The position numbers and the translations under genes were made by a program. From a virus: a stretch of DNA of 48,697 nt. Within the stretch, counting starts at the first letter, position 1. Each line of letters begins with the position of its first letter. Location: IMG/VR virus record IMGVR_UViG_3300045988_103716; one strand, written 5' to 3'. Shown here piece after piece: positions 17,882 to 27,232 of the stretch. Below the pieces are notes generated by a model. That model worked only from the letters and a program-made list of their open reading frames with translations. It was not told where the DNA came from and did not search any database.

Positions 17882-18141
17882 TATCCTATCTTCTTTCTGT
17901 CTTCGATTCTTAACATCTCAGGCACCTGACTAGGATCTCTGTCATCCATTGCATACTCCATTTTCAACTTCTCCGCTTTTAGCACAGTATTGGCATTGGC
18001 AATGATCATACCGGCAACACTTTCAATTACCCGGCTTCTCTTGATCTGCTGCTTTAATGCCTCACCATGCAGATCGTCATCATTTAGACGCTCGATCTGT
18101 TCGAAGAGGATATTGTTCAAATCTGTTAGTTTATTCTCCAT
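17881..18141 (-). CDS. Hypothetical protein
   Basis: 86-aa ORF. Confidence 0.4.
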   Translation of the reverse strand: MENKLTDLNNILFEQIERLNDDDLHGEALKQQIKRSRVIESVAGMIIANANTVLKAEKLKMEYAMDDRDPSQVPEMLRIEDRKKIG

Positions 18142-18165
18142 ATTTGTTTTCCTTTCAAATTGTTG

Positions 18166-20526
18166 TTACTTCTTCGGTCTTAAATAGACTCTCTGTCTTC
18201 CGTAGGATGCGCCACGTACTCTTATAGCTCCGGTACGCTTCCATCCAATGTGGTCCATGATGGCCTTCAGTTCTCTTTGATCTGAGTTTGAGAATCTTAC
18301 TTTTACATCGTTGAAGACCTCGCACCATATCTCTAATAGACTCACACAGTCACGTTCTTCAATGCCTTCATTCTTTGGATTCTCAAGCCACTGAACACGA
18401 GCACCCACTTCCATATCCAGCCAGTTAGCCGGAAGCTTTCTATCCAGGTACTCACGAACCATATCCTCACGCACGCTTCTGTACGTGTATTCTTCCTGAG
18501 CCTGCTGAGCTTCTTTCAATAGTTCTCCGTCCAGGAATAAAGGCTCATGCTCCTTGAACCTCTGTTTTGCTTCAGCAAAGATCTGATCACGTTCTTTAGG
18601 AAGCTGCGTGAATACAACCTTTGTTGCACGCTCTGGATCTGTTCCAATTGGCCAGAAACGACGGTTACCTGTGTAGTCCCTTAAGAACTCTGTGTCATTC
18701 GTGGTTCCAAAGAACACACACTGTCTTGGATTGTCTGTAACTCGTCTTGCATATGCCTTGCGGTATCTGTCGTCACGCTTTGAAATGAACTGCTTCATGG
18801 ATTCGATGTCTGCTTTTCTAGCTGCAGATAATTCAGACCATTCAACGATCCACGATCCATGCAGTGCCTCGTATCCTTCTTTTCCTGCAATCGTAGTGAT
18901 TGAATCTGAGAACCAGTCACCGCCAAGGATACTGAGCATATGTGATTTACCGATACCCTGCTGACCTACGAGCACAGGCATATAGTCCATCTTGCATCCA
19001 GGTACATAGATACGGTTCACTGCAGCCGTAATCGACTTACGGGCTACGGCTCTTGTATAGGCACTGTCATGCGTACCAAGATAGTCGATAAACAGAGTAT
19101 CCAGTCTAGGCACTCCATCCCACTCAAGACTGTCCAGGTAGTCACGTACTGGGTGAAAGCTGTTCTGTTCCTGTACGTAGGCTACAGCATCATCAATCTT
19201 GCCCTTGGCCACGATGTGATAGGTCTTTTCAAGATAGTATCGGAGTGAAGCATCATCTGTATCGTTCCAGGTCCTGTCAGTTGGGTTGAACTTCCACCAT
19301 GGGAGATCTCCAGTCTTGACCGGCTTTTGAGCAAACAGATCATTGCCACCGATAGAGTCCTTCAGTTTTGGATCACACATCAGGATCTTGACGATGTTGT
19401 CCGTGGTCATTCTGAAGTTTCCATGTTTGTCGACATCCAGGTTTTCAAGCCAGTTTACTTCGTCTTTACTCGGTTCTACTGTCTTGGTACTCTGTTCCTG
19501 CGTCTCATCGGCAAAGTCATTCTGTATTTCATTCTGCTTGTCCTTTGCCAGCTGCTTTCTTGTAAGATCATCCTTTTGCATCATTTCAACCATGAAACCA
19601 TTGGACTCACTGTCTGTGGCATCCGGCCACAGATGCAGTCTTACAAGATCGTAGGCGTTGCATAGCATCTGTCCGGTTGGATCGGTACTGTGGTTACTGT
19701 AGGCATACTTGTCTTCATAGATAACAAGTCCTCCGGCAGTAGAGCCTTTGGCATAGGTGTAGCGGTTCGCATCGTTATCCACAGGTACATAGTCCTCCGG
19801 AATAAACTTAGCGATTGCTTCATGTATGTTGTAAGCACGGCAGAAGGCACCGATCCATCCGGACTTCGTTAATGGGTCCTCCTGCTTGCCTGTAATCTTC
19901 TTATGTAATTCAGTTTCTCTTGACGAACGTGGCCAGAAGCTCATGTCTGTCCAATCGTCTACATTTTTCAACACGATATCCGCATTGAGCAGTATGCCGT
20001 CAATCTCTTTGAAGACATAGTCTCCATCGCTTGAAGTCGATGGCCAGAACATCATACGAGCCGGCTGATAGGTCGTATCGTCAAAGATATCCATATCGAT
20101 TCTTGAGGCGGCCCATCTGGCCAGAAACTCGTATTCATCCGGATTCACGTTCCTGGATAAAGGAAGGATCCATCTGAATTTAGGATGTTCAGATGTATGC
20201 TTATGTGTTGAATAAATACATCCTTTAAAGTTTGCTTTCTCATTGATCAGATCAATGAAGTTACCAGGTGCAAAGTCTGCATCCAGTGTGATACAGCTTC
20301 TGGAGATAACTGACTGATTGTTTCGTTTCCCTTCTCGTAGTTCCCCTGCAACAAATCCTCCTACATCCTTGATTTCTGACTGCTGGTCTCTTGTCATGGA
20401 TGCATACTGTGCTACGGTCTCACTTGTTCTTTTCGTAACGCTCAGTTTATCCATCAGAGCCTGCCACGACATTTCCTGGTTGTAGTACTGTCTCTGTCTT
20501 CGGTTCTTACATGTGGCAATCTTCAT
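18166..20526 (-). CDS. Primase-polymerase / VirE-type (P-loop) replicative helicase-primase
   Basis: 786 aa. P-loop VLVGQQGIGKSHM followed by a VirE-like C-terminus (FFGTTNDTEFLRDYTGNRRFWPI). Confidence 0.75.
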   Translation of the reverse strand: MKIATCKNRRQRQYYNQEMSWQALMDKLSVTKRTSETVAQYASMTRDQQSEIKDVGGFVAGELREGKRNNQSVISRSCITLDADFAPGNFIDLINEKANFKGCIYSTHKHTSEHPKFRWILPLSRNVNPDEYEFLARWAASRIDMDIFDDTTYQPARMMFWPSTSSDGDYVFKEIDGILLNADIVLKNVDDWTDMSFWPRSSRETELHKKITGKQEDPLTKSGWIGAFCRAYNIHEAIAKFIPEDYVPVDNDANRYTYAKGSTAGGLVIYEDKYAYSNHSTDPTGQMLCNAYDLVRLHLWPDATDSESNGFMVEMMQKDDLTRKQLAKDKQNEIQNDFADETQEQSTKTVEPSKDEVNWLENLDVDKHGNFRMTTDNIVKILMCDPKLKDSIGGNDLFAQKPVKTGDLPWWKFNPTDRTWNDTDDASLRYYLEKTYHIVAKGKIDDAVAYVQEQNSFHPVRDYLDSLEWDGVPRLDTLFIDYLGTHDSAYTRAVARKSITAAVNRIYVPGCKMDYMPVLVGQQGIGKSHMLSILGGDWFSDSITTIAGKEGYEALHGSWIVEWSELSAARKADIESMKQFISKRDDRYRKAYARRVTDNPRQCVFFGTTNDTEFLRDYTGNRRFWPIGTDPERATKVVFTQLPKERDQIFAEAKQRFKEHEPLFLDGELLKEAQQAQEEYTYRSVREDMVREYLDRKLPANWLDMEVGARVQWLENPKNEGIEERDCVSLLEIWCEVFNDVKVRFSNSDQRELKAIMDHIGWKRTGAIRVRGASYGRQRVYLRPKK

Positions 20527-20529
20527 GCG

Positions 20530-20994
20530 TTATCTCCTTTCTGTCTGCTTGTTCTTATCTTTCATTCGGTTCAGAATATTCTTCTGATCATTTCTAATTG
20601 TGTTCACAGAGTCCAGTGTCTCTGTACTGACTTTTTTGATATCCTGGAAGACCTGCATGGTCTCTCTTGATAAAACTGTATCCTGCGCAGGTTCTTCCAT
20701 GGTCCGGTTCAGATGAGCCAGTGACAGAGCGATACTGTCCAGACGATTGCAGATGCGGTCTCTGGCATTGTCTATTGCCTCGATCAGACGGTCTACATCA
20801 TCCATACTGGCCATATCGTCCTGTCTTCTCTGTTCTGCAGGTTTATTTAAATAGCAGAGCCTTTGTTCGATTGCTTTTACCGAGCGTCCCTGAAGCAGAG
20901 CACCGTACGTACTGTGTATCTGCTTTGCGTTCAGTCCGATAGAAGTAAGCTGTCTTAAAAGTTTGTCCTCTGCATCTATCCATTTAGCTGACAT
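20530..20994 (-). CDS. Myb/SANT-like DNA-binding protein with coiled-coil tail
   Basis: WIDAEDKLLRQLTSIGLNAKQIHSTYG...RSVKAIEQR. The preferred start is the ATG at 20992-20994, 6 nt after AGGAGA. Confidence 0.4.
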   Translation of the reverse strand: MSAKWIDAEDKLLRQLTSIGLNAKQIHSTYGALLQGRSVKAIEQRLCYLNKPAEQRRQDDMASMDDVDRLIEAIDNARDRICNRLDSIALSLAHLNRTMEEPAQDTVLSRETMQVFQDIKKVSTETLDSVNTIRNDQKNILNRMKDKNKQTERR

Positions 20995-21007
20995 CGTCAT
21001 TCTCCTG

Positions 21008-21133
21008 TCATGCACCAAGTCTAGGTGCTTCTGCGACATCCAGTCCAAACACTAACTTCAGCATCCATATCAGAAAGCTAAAGACAAGTACCCAAAGGAT
21101 GCCGACAATGATTTCTCTTTTATATTTCTTCAT
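21008..21133 (-). CDS. Possible 41-aa membrane peptide
   Basis: Hand-translated MKKYKREIIVGILWVLVFSFLIWMLKLVFGLDVAEAPRLGA. Weak RBS, and below the ORF-track cutoff. Confidence 0.25.
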   Translation of the reverse strand: MKKYKREIIVGILWVLVFSFLIWMLKLVFGLDVAEAPRLGA

Positions 21134-21137
21134 ACTA

Positions 21138-23159
21138 TTAATCTTTCTTGTAGTAGGTACTTGTAAATCCATCACCCACAAGGATCAGATCCGGTGCCCA
21201 CTCAATAGGTTTGGCCATCACTTCCAGCAGCTTTTCAAAAGCCTCCTGTTCAATGCAGGTATTAGCTTCACATATGACCTCATCATGTACATGCATGACA
21301 CAGTCAACACCTATAATGTCACAGCCTTTCATCGTCTCGCATAGACAGTCTCTCGCAATGGCCTGAACTACATTTTCCGTAAGCTTTCCACCCCAGGTGT
21401 TAATCCAGCACCACTGACGTGTAGTCTGATTCAAGCCCATGAACTTGACCTGGCCATCTTCGATACACGGCGAAACATAGGCTATCCTTCTGCCATTAGG
21501 AAGCTGGATGTACACATTACCGTGTGATTTGAAAACAGCCATGTTGCGATCAAGCTGTGTATAGCCTCCATTGATAGCCTTCTCAAACGCATGTCCTAAG
21601 GCATACCAGAAGTTAGGAATATTCGGACTGGCCTGTCTCCATTTCGTTACGATCTCCTGCTGCTGTTCCGGCTCGATTCCCATCTTGCTGGCACCAAAGG
21701 CTTCCAGTGCTGCCGTTCCGCCGCCATATCCAAGTGCCAGCTCGGCAATTTTTCCTTTCTGCCTTAAATGTCCGTTTACACCATGTTTCTCAACAGGAAC
21801 GCCAAACATCTGACTGGCAGACGCACAATAAATATCTCCACCGTTTTTGAAGACATCCTGTCTCCACGTTGTACGTGTAAGCCATGCAATCACACGTGCT
21901 TCGATGGCACTGTAGTCGGCAATAGCAAACACAGTTCCAGGACGAGGTATGATCATCGTTCTTATCAGTGTCGAGAAGACATCGTTCATTGAGCCGTAAA
22001 GAGCTTCCAGTGTTTGCCAGTCCTTCTGAGCTACCAGATTACGAGCCGTCTCCATATCATCGAAAGAATTTCTGGGGAAGTTCTGTGGCTGGATCAATCG
22101 ACCGGCCCATCTTCCTGTACGGCCTCCAAAGAACTGGAAGCAGCCTCTGACTCTTCCATCACTGCATGCAGAACGGATGAAGGCTTCATATTTCTTGACA
22201 CTTGTCTTTCCGAGTTCCTGACGTATCTCAAGAACTCTTCTTGCATCGTCGCTTATATCCTCTTTTAAAAGGTCCTTAACGACTTCTTTTGTAATACTGT
22301 TTACTGTGATACCCTGCGTGTCAAACAACCACTGTTTCAACTGCATGACACTCTGTGGGTTATCCAGCTTTGTGATTTCCTTAGCCTCTCTTGTAAGGCT
22401 TTCACTCAGTTCTTCATGGTATTTCCATATAGACTGGATCAGGTCAACGGCTACCTGGATACCTCTGTCGTTGATATGCTGGTCCATGTACCAGTTCCCC
22501 CACTCAAAGTCAGGAATCTCACCCATGGCATCCAGTGTATTGTAGATAGCCTGCTCAGACTCAACATCACGCTTGTTGTACTCGATGAAGGTCTCCCACT
22601 TATCAGGTGCATGCTTAGGAAGGTTGACCGTTCTTCCGCCATTGGCCTTAGTTGGCCTGCAAGGACAGCAGAAGTACTGGATCAGGCGCTTACCGATTGC
22701 TAGCTTGACTTTGTCCTCATCCAGTCCTAAAGCAGGACCTAAGGAAGCAAGAGCACCCGGATAGCCATGTTCTACGGCCATGATCATCGTATCCTTCCAC
22801 TGTTCAGGTGGAAGAAAACCTTCGTAGCTTAGCTTCTTGTCAAAATCCTTCGAGTACCAGTTATCCAGTATCTGCAGGTCTTTTAAATGCCTTGTCAGAC
22901 AGACTCTTTCAAAGTTGGCATTATGAGCTACCTTGATAATATTCTCGTCTGTAAGTGCATTTAAAATCGATATAGGAAGATGTCCTCCATTGGCCATGTC
23001 TATCACAGTTACTGGTTCATCGTTGAATGCATATCCAAATAAGAGAATCCTGAAGTCAGGACTCTCTGCATACTTGTATACTCCGCTTTTTCCAAGATCT
23101 ACACTTGAATAGGTTTCCAGGTCTATATGAAGAAGATTCTTATAACCAGCCATTGTCAT
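21138..23159 (-). CDS. Family A DNA polymerase with 3'-5' exonuclease domain
   Basis: Exo I HIDLETYS. Pol motif A IADYSAIEARV, motif B RQKGKIAELALGYGGG, motif C HVHDEV. Confidence 0.9.
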   Translation of the reverse strand: MTMAGYKNLLHIDLETYSSVDLGKSGVYKYAESPDFRILLFGYAFNDEPVTVIDMANGGHLPISILNALTDENIIKVAHNANFERVCLTRHLKDLQILDNWYSKDFDKKLSYEGFLPPEQWKDTMIMAVEHGYPGALASLGPALGLDEDKVKLAIGKRLIQYFCCPCRPTKANGGRTVNLPKHAPDKWETFIEYNKRDVESEQAIYNTLDAMGEIPDFEWGNWYMDQHINDRGIQVAVDLIQSIWKYHEELSESLTREAKEITKLDNPQSVMQLKQWLFDTQGITVNSITKEVVKDLLKEDISDDARRVLEIRQELGKTSVKKYEAFIRSACSDGRVRGCFQFFGGRTGRWAGRLIQPQNFPRNSFDDMETARNLVAQKDWQTLEALYGSMNDVFSTLIRTMIIPRPGTVFAIADYSAIEARVIAWLTRTTWRQDVFKNGGDIYCASASQMFGVPVEKHGVNGHLRQKGKIAELALGYGGGTAALEAFGASKMGIEPEQQQEIVTKWRQASPNIPNFWYALGHAFEKAINGGYTQLDRNMAVFKSHGNVYIQLPNGRRIAYVSPCIEDGQVKFMGLNQTTRQWCWINTWGGKLTENVVQAIARDCLCETMKGCDIIGVDCVMHVHDEVICEANTCIEQEAFEKLLEVMAKPIEWAPDLILVGDGFTSTYYKKD

Positions 23160-23739
23160 CAGTGCTTTCTACTTCATCTGCAAAATCAGATGTACCAGAA
23201 GCACGACCGCCAAGGTAGTCACCATCCATTGTCTTCAATACATTAGACAAGCCACAAGAGATTCCGCCTGTTCCCTTGATGTATGGGAAGAAGTTGAATG
23301 TGATCTTTCCATAGCATCCTGAATAGACTTCTGATGCAATCTGTTCCTTAGGAATAATCACCAACTGGCCGCCCTGGATCTTGCATACATCCGGTGCTGT
23401 AGTCGATTTAGCACTTAACTTGTACATTCCCTTGTAGTTTGCATCCGACATTAATCTTGGATCCTGATCACAGTCGACCAATAGTCCTTTATCAGAGCCT
23501 ACAGGACGGATGAAAGGTGTAGCCTTTGTTGCAAACGAATTACCATAGTCGTTGATACCTTTCTGTCTAGCTGCATCGTAATTAGCCTTGATCGTATTCA
23601 ATGTAGCCTTGTCTGACTTGTCGATCAGAATGTCCACACTGTATTTCTTGTTAGGCCCATCTGCATATGCATATGGTTCTGCCAAATGGCAGAATGTGAA
23701 TCTTACGACTCCTGTTTTTGCTTTTTGAATTGTTGACAT
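23140..23739 (-). CDS. DUF2815-family (ssDNA-binding-like) protein
   Basis: The N-terminus TGVVRFTFCHLAEPYAY is typical, and the gene shows synteny with DUF2800 and PolA. Confidence 0.65.
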   Translation of the reverse strand: MSTIQKAKTGVVRFTFCHLAEPYAYADGPNKKYSVDILIDKSDKATLNTIKANYDAARQKGINDYGNSFATKATPFIRPVGSDKGLLVDCDQDPRLMSDANYKGMYKLSAKSTTAPDVCKIQGGQLVIIPKEQIASEVYSGCYGKITFNFFPYIKGTGGISCGLSNVLKTMDGDYLGGRASGTSDFADEVESTDDNGWL

Positions 23740-23768
23740 TGTAATTACCTCTACTTTCTTTCTAATGT

Positions 23769-24908
23769 CTACTGGACTTCATCCTGGAAGTCCTCAACTC
23801 CGGTCTTAACGATCGAAGGACGCTTGTCTGACTCTTCTACTAAAGTCGGCTTTCCTTCCGGCTTGTTGATATATGGACTGGCCAGTTCTGTGAACTTCTT
23901 CTTGCCGACAAGCTTTTCCAAATTCGTGATGGATAACAGCTCCTTTGGCTTAAGGAATTCGTCTTCCTTAAATCCTTCGTCAATTAATAGCTTTTGCACG
24001 GAATCCGCGTCCACGATCTTTCGACTGCTTCTTCCTTCAACGACTTTGTAGCCTTTGTAATGAACACCTGACAGAGCCTGGTTCAAGGCAAACTCCTCGA
24101 TGTCGGCACACCATTTCTTCATCTCACTTAGTCTAGGAAGCAAGGATGCAACCTCATCATCTGTAAGAAGCATGGCATCATAGAGTTTGTTCTGTTCTGC
24201 AATCGCAACGTTCATCTTGGCTCTTTCCTTACAGTTGGCTTTCACCTTGCAGAACTGACACCACTTGCCCGCTTCCTGTTCTCCCTGGCCATCCCAGGCT
24301 TTCTTGGCCGCAGACTTGATGACATTCTCCATGTAGTCACACAAGTCTACAGTTGAGATCTCATAGGTACTGATATGATCCAGACGAGGCTGGAAGATAT
24401 GCATCTTTACCTTGTCGAAGGCATAGTAGGCTTCATACTCATGAAGAGCTCCTGCTGCATAGATCAGTAACTGAGAGTTATGAGGTGCATATACAGGCAC
24501 TCCTTTTCCATATTTAAGGTCGATAACGTGCAGTGTATTGTCGCTTACGATAACGGCATCACTTGTACCGAACCCCTCAGGAATCCATGGAGTCAGATCC
24601 AATTGAACCTCGATATCCAGTTTGGCATCCTCACATGTCTTCTTTTCTGTGTTCAGTACTTCGATAACATAGTCACGATAGGCGGTAGTACATTCATCCA
24701 TTTCACCGTCCTCACATTTCACTTTCCTGCGAGGATGGCCTTCTACATAGTTACGAAGCTTCTCTTCGGCTTTGGAGTGAGCCAGTGTTCCTTCGGCTGA
24801 ATAGATACTGGCTTTTTCTGTCACATGTTCTTCCAGTCTAGCCGATGGCGTACAGTGGATCCAACGGCTTGAACTGGATGCGGAAAGGACCGCATGGAAG
24901 CTAGGCAT
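23769..24908 (-). CDS. DUF2800-family PD-(D/E)XK (Cas4-like) nuclease
   Basis: SASSSSRWIHCTPS N-terminus, VIDLKYGKG (D...ExK-like) and a C-terminal Cys cluster CQFCKVKANC. Confidence 0.7.
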   Translation of the reverse strand: MPSFHAVLSASSSSRWIHCTPSARLEEHVTEKASIYSAEGTLAHSKAEEKLRNYVEGHPRRKVKCEDGEMDECTTAYRDYVIEVLNTEKKTCEDAKLDIEVQLDLTPWIPEGFGTSDAVIVSDNTLHVIDLKYGKGVPVYAPHNSQLLIYAAGALHEYEAYYAFDKVKMHIFQPRLDHISTYEISTVDLCDYMENVIKSAAKKAWDGQGEQEAGKWCQFCKVKANCKERAKMNVAIAEQNKLYDAMLLTDDEVASLLPRLSEMKKWCADIEEFALNQALSGVHYKGYKVVEGRSSRKIVDADSVQKLLIDEGFKEDEFLKPKELLSITNLEKLVGKKKFTELASPYINKPEGKPTLVEESDKRPSIVKTGVEDFQDEVQ

Positions 24909-25341
24909 GCAGTACCTCCCACAATTCCTGATGACGTTCTTTAGGGATATCTGTTAATTTCTTCTGTCCAAACTGAGCAAAGATAGCTAGAAGCTTTTCA
25001 AGTCCATGTGTCTGCTTGAACTCGGCACAGGCTCCACGTAACTCCTCAAAGCTGTGTTCCACTGTCTGAGGCTTTTCTGCTTCAGGTTTTACAGGTCCCA
25101 TACCTACTTCTTCTTGAGGCACCCGATCTTTGGCCATCGGAATTTCATTCTCAGTTGTCTTATTCTTTTGAGATGGAGCTTTTTTATTCTCTTCCCAGGC
25201 AAAATTTTCCGGTTCAGGTAATGGACCTAACGAATCCATTCTTTTCACATCTAACTCTTTAGCTAGATCCAGGATCTTCTTGGCATTGTCAATCTCTTCC
25301 AGATTGAACTGCATGATTAACTGATAGTACATTTTATTCAT
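24901..25341 (-). CDS. Hypothetical protein
   Basis: 146-aa ORF. Confidence 0.45.
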   Translation of the reverse strand: MNKMYYQLIMQFNLEEIDNAKKILDLAKELDVKRMDSLGPLPEPENFAWEENKKAPSQKNKTTENEIPMAKDRVPQEEVGMGPVKPEAEKPQTVEHSFEELRGACAEFKQTHGLEKLLAIFAQFGQKKLTDIPKERHQELWEVLHA

Positions 25342-25657
25342 CCTCCTCTACGATTGTGCTTTTGACATTCTCAGCGTGTTCAAGCATCATTTGTACAAAG
25401 TCATTTGAGAGTCCACTAACCAGTTTCTCAATACCCTTATGGGCTTCAGAAACTTTTATACCGGCTAGGTAACAAAGTAAAGCCATCTGTTCGTCGTTGT
25501 AGTCTGCACCGATTACAATGTGACTTCCCTTATCACTATGACTGGCTATCTTTGCCGTGATTGTGAACAAAGTCTTGTCCTCTGCATCTGTTGCTTTTTC
25601 AAGCAGTTCGAGTTCTTCTTTCAACTCTTTGATTCTTGTTTTTAAATCATCATTCAT
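25334..25657 (-). CDS. Hypothetical protein
   Basis: 107-aa ORF with RBS AAAGGAAAA. Confidence 0.45.
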   Translation of the reverse strand: MNDDLKTRIKELKEELELLEKATDAEDKTLFTITAKIASHSDKGSHIVIGADYNDEQMALLCYLAGIKVSEAHKGIEKLVSGLSNDFVQMMLEHAENVKSTIVEEDE

Positions 25658-25673
25658 TTTTCTGTTTTCCTTT

Positions 25674-25934
25674 CTAATGTGATATAATGTAGGAAGCTAA
25701 AGACATTTCGAATCTTAGCCATGAGTCAGCGTTTCGTCCCGGTGACTCATTTTTTTTTATGTCTTCTCGAGTCCTACAACCTGAACACCATGCGTTGTGA
25801 TATAAATTTTTAATAGGAAGATATTTACAACAAGAGCAACTTAGTCGATGTTTATTATGGATACTGGCTTGACCTGGCCAGTATGCACAGTGTTCAGGTT
25901 GTAAGATTCGAGACGCTTCCACGTTATTCATCAT
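25674..25934 (-). CDS. Questionable Cys-rich ORF (86 aa) overlapping a highly structured region
   Basis: For: the ATGATG start overlaps the TGA of an upstream mini-ORF, and the Cys pattern is CSCC...CSGC. Against: the DNA contains a 22-nt long-range inverted repeat and a plus-strand promoter and terminator. Confidence 0.3.
   Translation of the reverse strand: MMNNVEASRILQPEHCAYWPGQASIHNKHRLSCSCCKYLPIKNLYHNAWCSGCRTREDIKKNESPGRNADSWLRFEMSLASYIISH
25695..25757 (+). ncRNA. Candidate ~60-nt antisense small RNA (lambda oop-like arrangement)
   Basis: Extended -10 TGaTATAAT at 25680-25688. Terminator ATGAGTCAGC...GGTGACTCAT followed by T9 at 25721-25759. Antisense to the 3' end of ORF 25674-25934. 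Confidence 0.4.
25767..25911. repeat. Long-range inverted repeat (22-nt arms, 20/22 complementary) enclosing an inner 8-bp hairpin
   Basis: tcgagtcctacaacctgaacac (25767-25788) pairs with gtgttcaggttgtaagattcga (25890-25911). Inner hairpin atactggc/gccagtat. Confidence 0.7.
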
Positions 25935-26044
25935 TTTTTCTTTTCTAGTTTTTCCTTTTCCACATTACGGATAAAGTCGATGACTGACTTTCTTAGTACT
26001 TCTTCAAACTGCGGATCATTTGAAGCAACTACGGTTACACTCAA
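25931..26044 (-). CDS. Possible 37-aa protein (TTG start)
   Basis: AGGAGG at 26056-26061, TTG at 26042-26044. Translation SVTVVASNDPQFEEVLRKSVIDFIRNVEKEKLEKKK. Its stop overlaps the next ATG. Confidence 0.3.
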   Translation of the reverse strand: MSVTVVASNDPQFEEVLRKSVIDFIRNVEKEKLEKKK

Positions 26045-26063
26045 TCTGGATCAAGCCTCCTTT

Positions 26064-26342
26064 CTATAACTGAAGCGACTGGATCGTACTGCAGACAAAC
26101 CATGTGCCTACAAGGCAACTGATCACAAGCAGTACTCCAACAAAAAGCACTAAGTTAGCAACTGTCTGCTTTCTTGAGACTGCCCTCTCTTTTTTATCCA
26201 GTTCAGAGTATCTGTGCATCATTCTTGTATACTCTGTTTCATGTGAATTGTTTGCGAATGGAGCAAGCTCACACTGCTGTTCCATAATGGCATCGGCCTT
26301 CTTTACGGCCTTTGCTCTAGATGTTGATTTTGCGGTTGGCAT
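26064..26342 (-). CDS. Tail-anchored membrane protein (92 aa)
   Basis: ATG at 26340-26342 follows AAGGAAA. C-terminal TM VANLVLFVGVLLVISCLVGTWFV. Confidence 0.5.
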   Translation of the reverse strand: MPTAKSTSRAKAVKKADAIMEQQCELAPFANNSHETEYTRMMHRYSELDKKERAVSRKQTVANLVLFVGVLLVISCLVGTWFVCSTIQSLQL

Positions 26343-26394
26343 AATGTTATTTCCTTTCTTATCTCCTGATATAATTAAGTCAGGAGGAATACTT

Positions 26395-26745
26395 ATGAAT
26401 ACAAATTTCAAAGACATAAATCTTTATATTCACGAACGATATAAACTGTTCTGTTTACGCTGGATCAAGAAACAGGTAACGGAGGCCTACTTTGGTAAAG
26501 AAACTACCAGAAAGCTTACTGCCTTACATTTTCTTGAGGCTCGCTATGAATTCAGTGATACAACGAAGACTAAAGTCATGAAGTCCAATTTCTATGAACT
26601 GACGGATACTTACTTCAGATACTGTGTCTGGAGAAGAAACCGATTCTTCTATGGAACACTGTGGCCGCAGCTTGTTGCAGGTATCACATCTCTAATAGTC
26701 TCAGTACTAACAGTAGTAGTACTAATGAGCTTAGGACTGCGATGA
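26395..26745 (+). CDS. Plus-strand membrane protein (116 aa, C-terminal TM)
   Basis: Strong AGGAGG 8 nt before the ATG at 26395. Extended -10 TGATATAAT at 26367-26375. The long upstream part of ORF 26104-26745 is antisense to a real gene and was ignored. Confidence 0.55.
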   Translation: MNTNFKDINLYIHERYKLFCLRWIKKQVTEAYFGKETTRKLTALHFLEARYEFSDTTKTKVMKSNFYELTDTYFRYCVWRRNRFFYGTLWPQLVAGITSLIVSVLTVVVLMSLGLR

Positions 26746-26869
26746 TCAGATGATATTGCAGTCTTTTCTTATACAGAACCTGGAAGAACTCTTCTGTTGC
26801 TTCATCGATTCCGTATTCCTTAATAAACTGTTTTCTCAGTCTTTCATAATCTTCTTTTGTTTCGTACAT
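26684..26869 (-). CDS. Tail-anchored membrane protein (61 aa)
   Basis: Charged N-terminus and hydrophobic C-terminus. Converges on, and overlaps, the plus-strand gene by 62 nt. Confidence 0.4.
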   Translation of the reverse strand: MYETKEDYERLRKQFIKEYGIDEATEEFFQVLYKKRLQYHLIIAVLSSLVLLLLVLRLLEM

Positions 26870-26884
26870 ATGTTTCCTTTCTTA

Positions 26885-27163
26885 TCTCTGAGCGGCATTT
26901 GTGGTGCCACTTCACTAGGACGTTTTGTCTTTTGCGAAAAGTTGGTATCTTCATGTCCTTGCTAAAAGCTTCTGGATCTCTGCTAAAGGGGTTTATTATA
27001 TTTTTTGACTATTTTCTTTCAGGTGCTTTGAATGTGAGGTAGGTAGAGCGCAGACTGAAAGAGCGTCGTCATATGACTCGAACGAAATTACAGGACCCAG
27101 TATCTTGCGGCGACAGGTTTTCCTTTCTAACCTGGGAAATGGCACCGCAAATACCGTTCAGAG
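26885..27163. repeat. 25-nt inverted repeat (arms 26885-26909 and 27139-27163) upstream of two divergent genes
   Basis: Read toward each gene, the arms are TGGCACCACAAATGCCGCTCAGAGA and TGGCACCGCAAATACCGTTCAGAGA (22/25 identical). Confidence 0.75.
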
Positions 27164-27232
27164 AAATTTCATATTTATGTGTATCTTTTAAAAATTCGAT
27201 GATACTATCTATCCTGGAAGGAGGTGTCAGCA

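Noticed and set aside
26104-26394. Upstream 97 codons of track ORF 26104-26745
   Set aside because: This part is antisense to the 92-aa minus-strand gene and has a non-canonical start. The real gene begins at the ATG at 26395, behind a strong AGGAGG.
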